A stretch of DNA of 64,000 nt, from contig NC_068982.1 of assembly GCF_001194135.2 (NCBI RefSeq), forward strand, positions 86,011,553 to 86,075,552, written 5' to 3'. The position numbers and the translations under genes were made by a program. This document shows positions 63,190 to 64,000 of this stretch, piece by piece (the first letter of the stretch is position 1; each line of letters opens with the position of its first letter). Source of the DNA: Octopus bimaculoides. Its lineage: Eukaryota. Below the pieces are notes generated by a model. That model did not search any database, was not told where the DNA came from, and saw only the letters and a program-made list of their open reading frames with translations.

Positions 63190-63350
63190 TAACACACACA
63201 CATTAGGCTTCTTTCAGTTTCTATTAACAAGGCTTTAAATGGGCTGGGGTATAGTAGAAAACACTTTTCCAAAGTGCAACACAACAAGACCAAACCTAAG
63301 CTCATGTGGTTGGGAAGCAAACTTCTTACCACAAACCATGCCTGTGGTCA
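63190..63350 (-). mobile_element. SINE 5' half
   Basis: Reverse complement of the SINE head (acaggcatggtttgtggtaagaagtttgcttcccaaccacatg). Confidence 0.7.
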
Positions 63351-63595
63351 CAGATTTACCTCTACAAACATATTTCTGCCAAAAATGTACTAAATTGAGT
63401 TTAATAAGTCTTCTAGAGGCCAAACTTAGCATAAAATTATTGTATCGAAAATGATGTTTATTCCCTCTTGCTGTTTTAACATCTGGAGAGCCACTAGGCA
63501 AACCTAGCAGATATTCTTGTACAAGTAAATTTTGTTTTTCTTTGAGAAATATCGGTCAAATTCTGTCAATAAAAATTATATTGTGCAATGGGTAG

Positions 63596-64000
63596 GGACC
63601 AGCTATCCAAGTTGACAGTACCATGGTAGATAAAGCAATTAAGAGTATGAAGACAGGGAAAGCCCCCGGCCCATCAGGAATCACTGCAGAGATGCTCAAA
63701 ATATCTGGCAGTGTCGGCTATAGCCTAGTCACCCGTATTACGAACCAGGTGATACACGAAGGAATCATACCCAATGACTGGTGTAGCAGCACCATAGTCA
63801 ACTGCTACAAAGGTAAAGGTGACGCTTTAGATACAAATAATTACAGAGGCATCAAGCTTTTAGATCAGGTAATGAAAGTCACAGAGAGGGTCATAGCTCA
63901 ACTGGTTAGGGAGCGAGTCAGTTTAGATAAGATGCAGTTTGGGTTCGTGCCTGGGAAAAGCACCACTGATGCTATATTTCTGGTAAGACAGCTTCAGGAG
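63596..64000 (+). mobile_element. Young RTE LINE ORF fragment (RT N-terminal part), open to window end
   Basis: 135 uninterrupted codons GPAIQVD...KAPGPSGITAEML...NYRGIKLLDQVMKVTERV...QFGFVPGKSTTDAIFLVRQLQE; absent from the ORF track because there is no stop. Confidence 0.92.

Overview
AT-rich, gapped eukaryotic draft scaffold. The SINE, RTE-LINE 3' UTR and Gypsy families match what I recall from Octopus genomes; this is recognition, not a database check. Most of the window is decayed transposable elements: four Ty3/Gypsy copies (one with both LTRs), at least seven Penelope-like (PLE) fragments, RTE and Tx1/L1 LINE fragments, several Tc1/mariner relics, a hAT, a Chapaev3-like relic, a Sola-like element with long TIRs, a Helitron-like insertion, tRNA-derived SINEs and (TA)n/(CA)n/(GA)n tracts. 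A minus-strand host gene is hidden among them. Four small exons (61441-61310, 54003-53906, 50090-50050, 38454-38399) and a probable fifth (31218-31150) splice in phase into an IRAG/MRVI1/LRMP(Jaw1)-family coiled-coil protein, so roughly 31-62 kb is intronic. The most unusual observations are: (i) an 832-bp MITE with an 8-bp TSD that carries head-to-head TTAGGG/CCCTAA arrays; (ii) a series of minimal hammerhead-ribozyme motifs at PLE ends, one nearly intact (28082-28130); (iii) a tRNA-like/hammerhead composite repeat; (iv) near-perfect long inverted repeats inside the host introns. No CRISPR array, rRNA or prokaryotic operon was seen. Most long ORFs in the supplied track are gap or microsatellite artefacts, or TE fragments.
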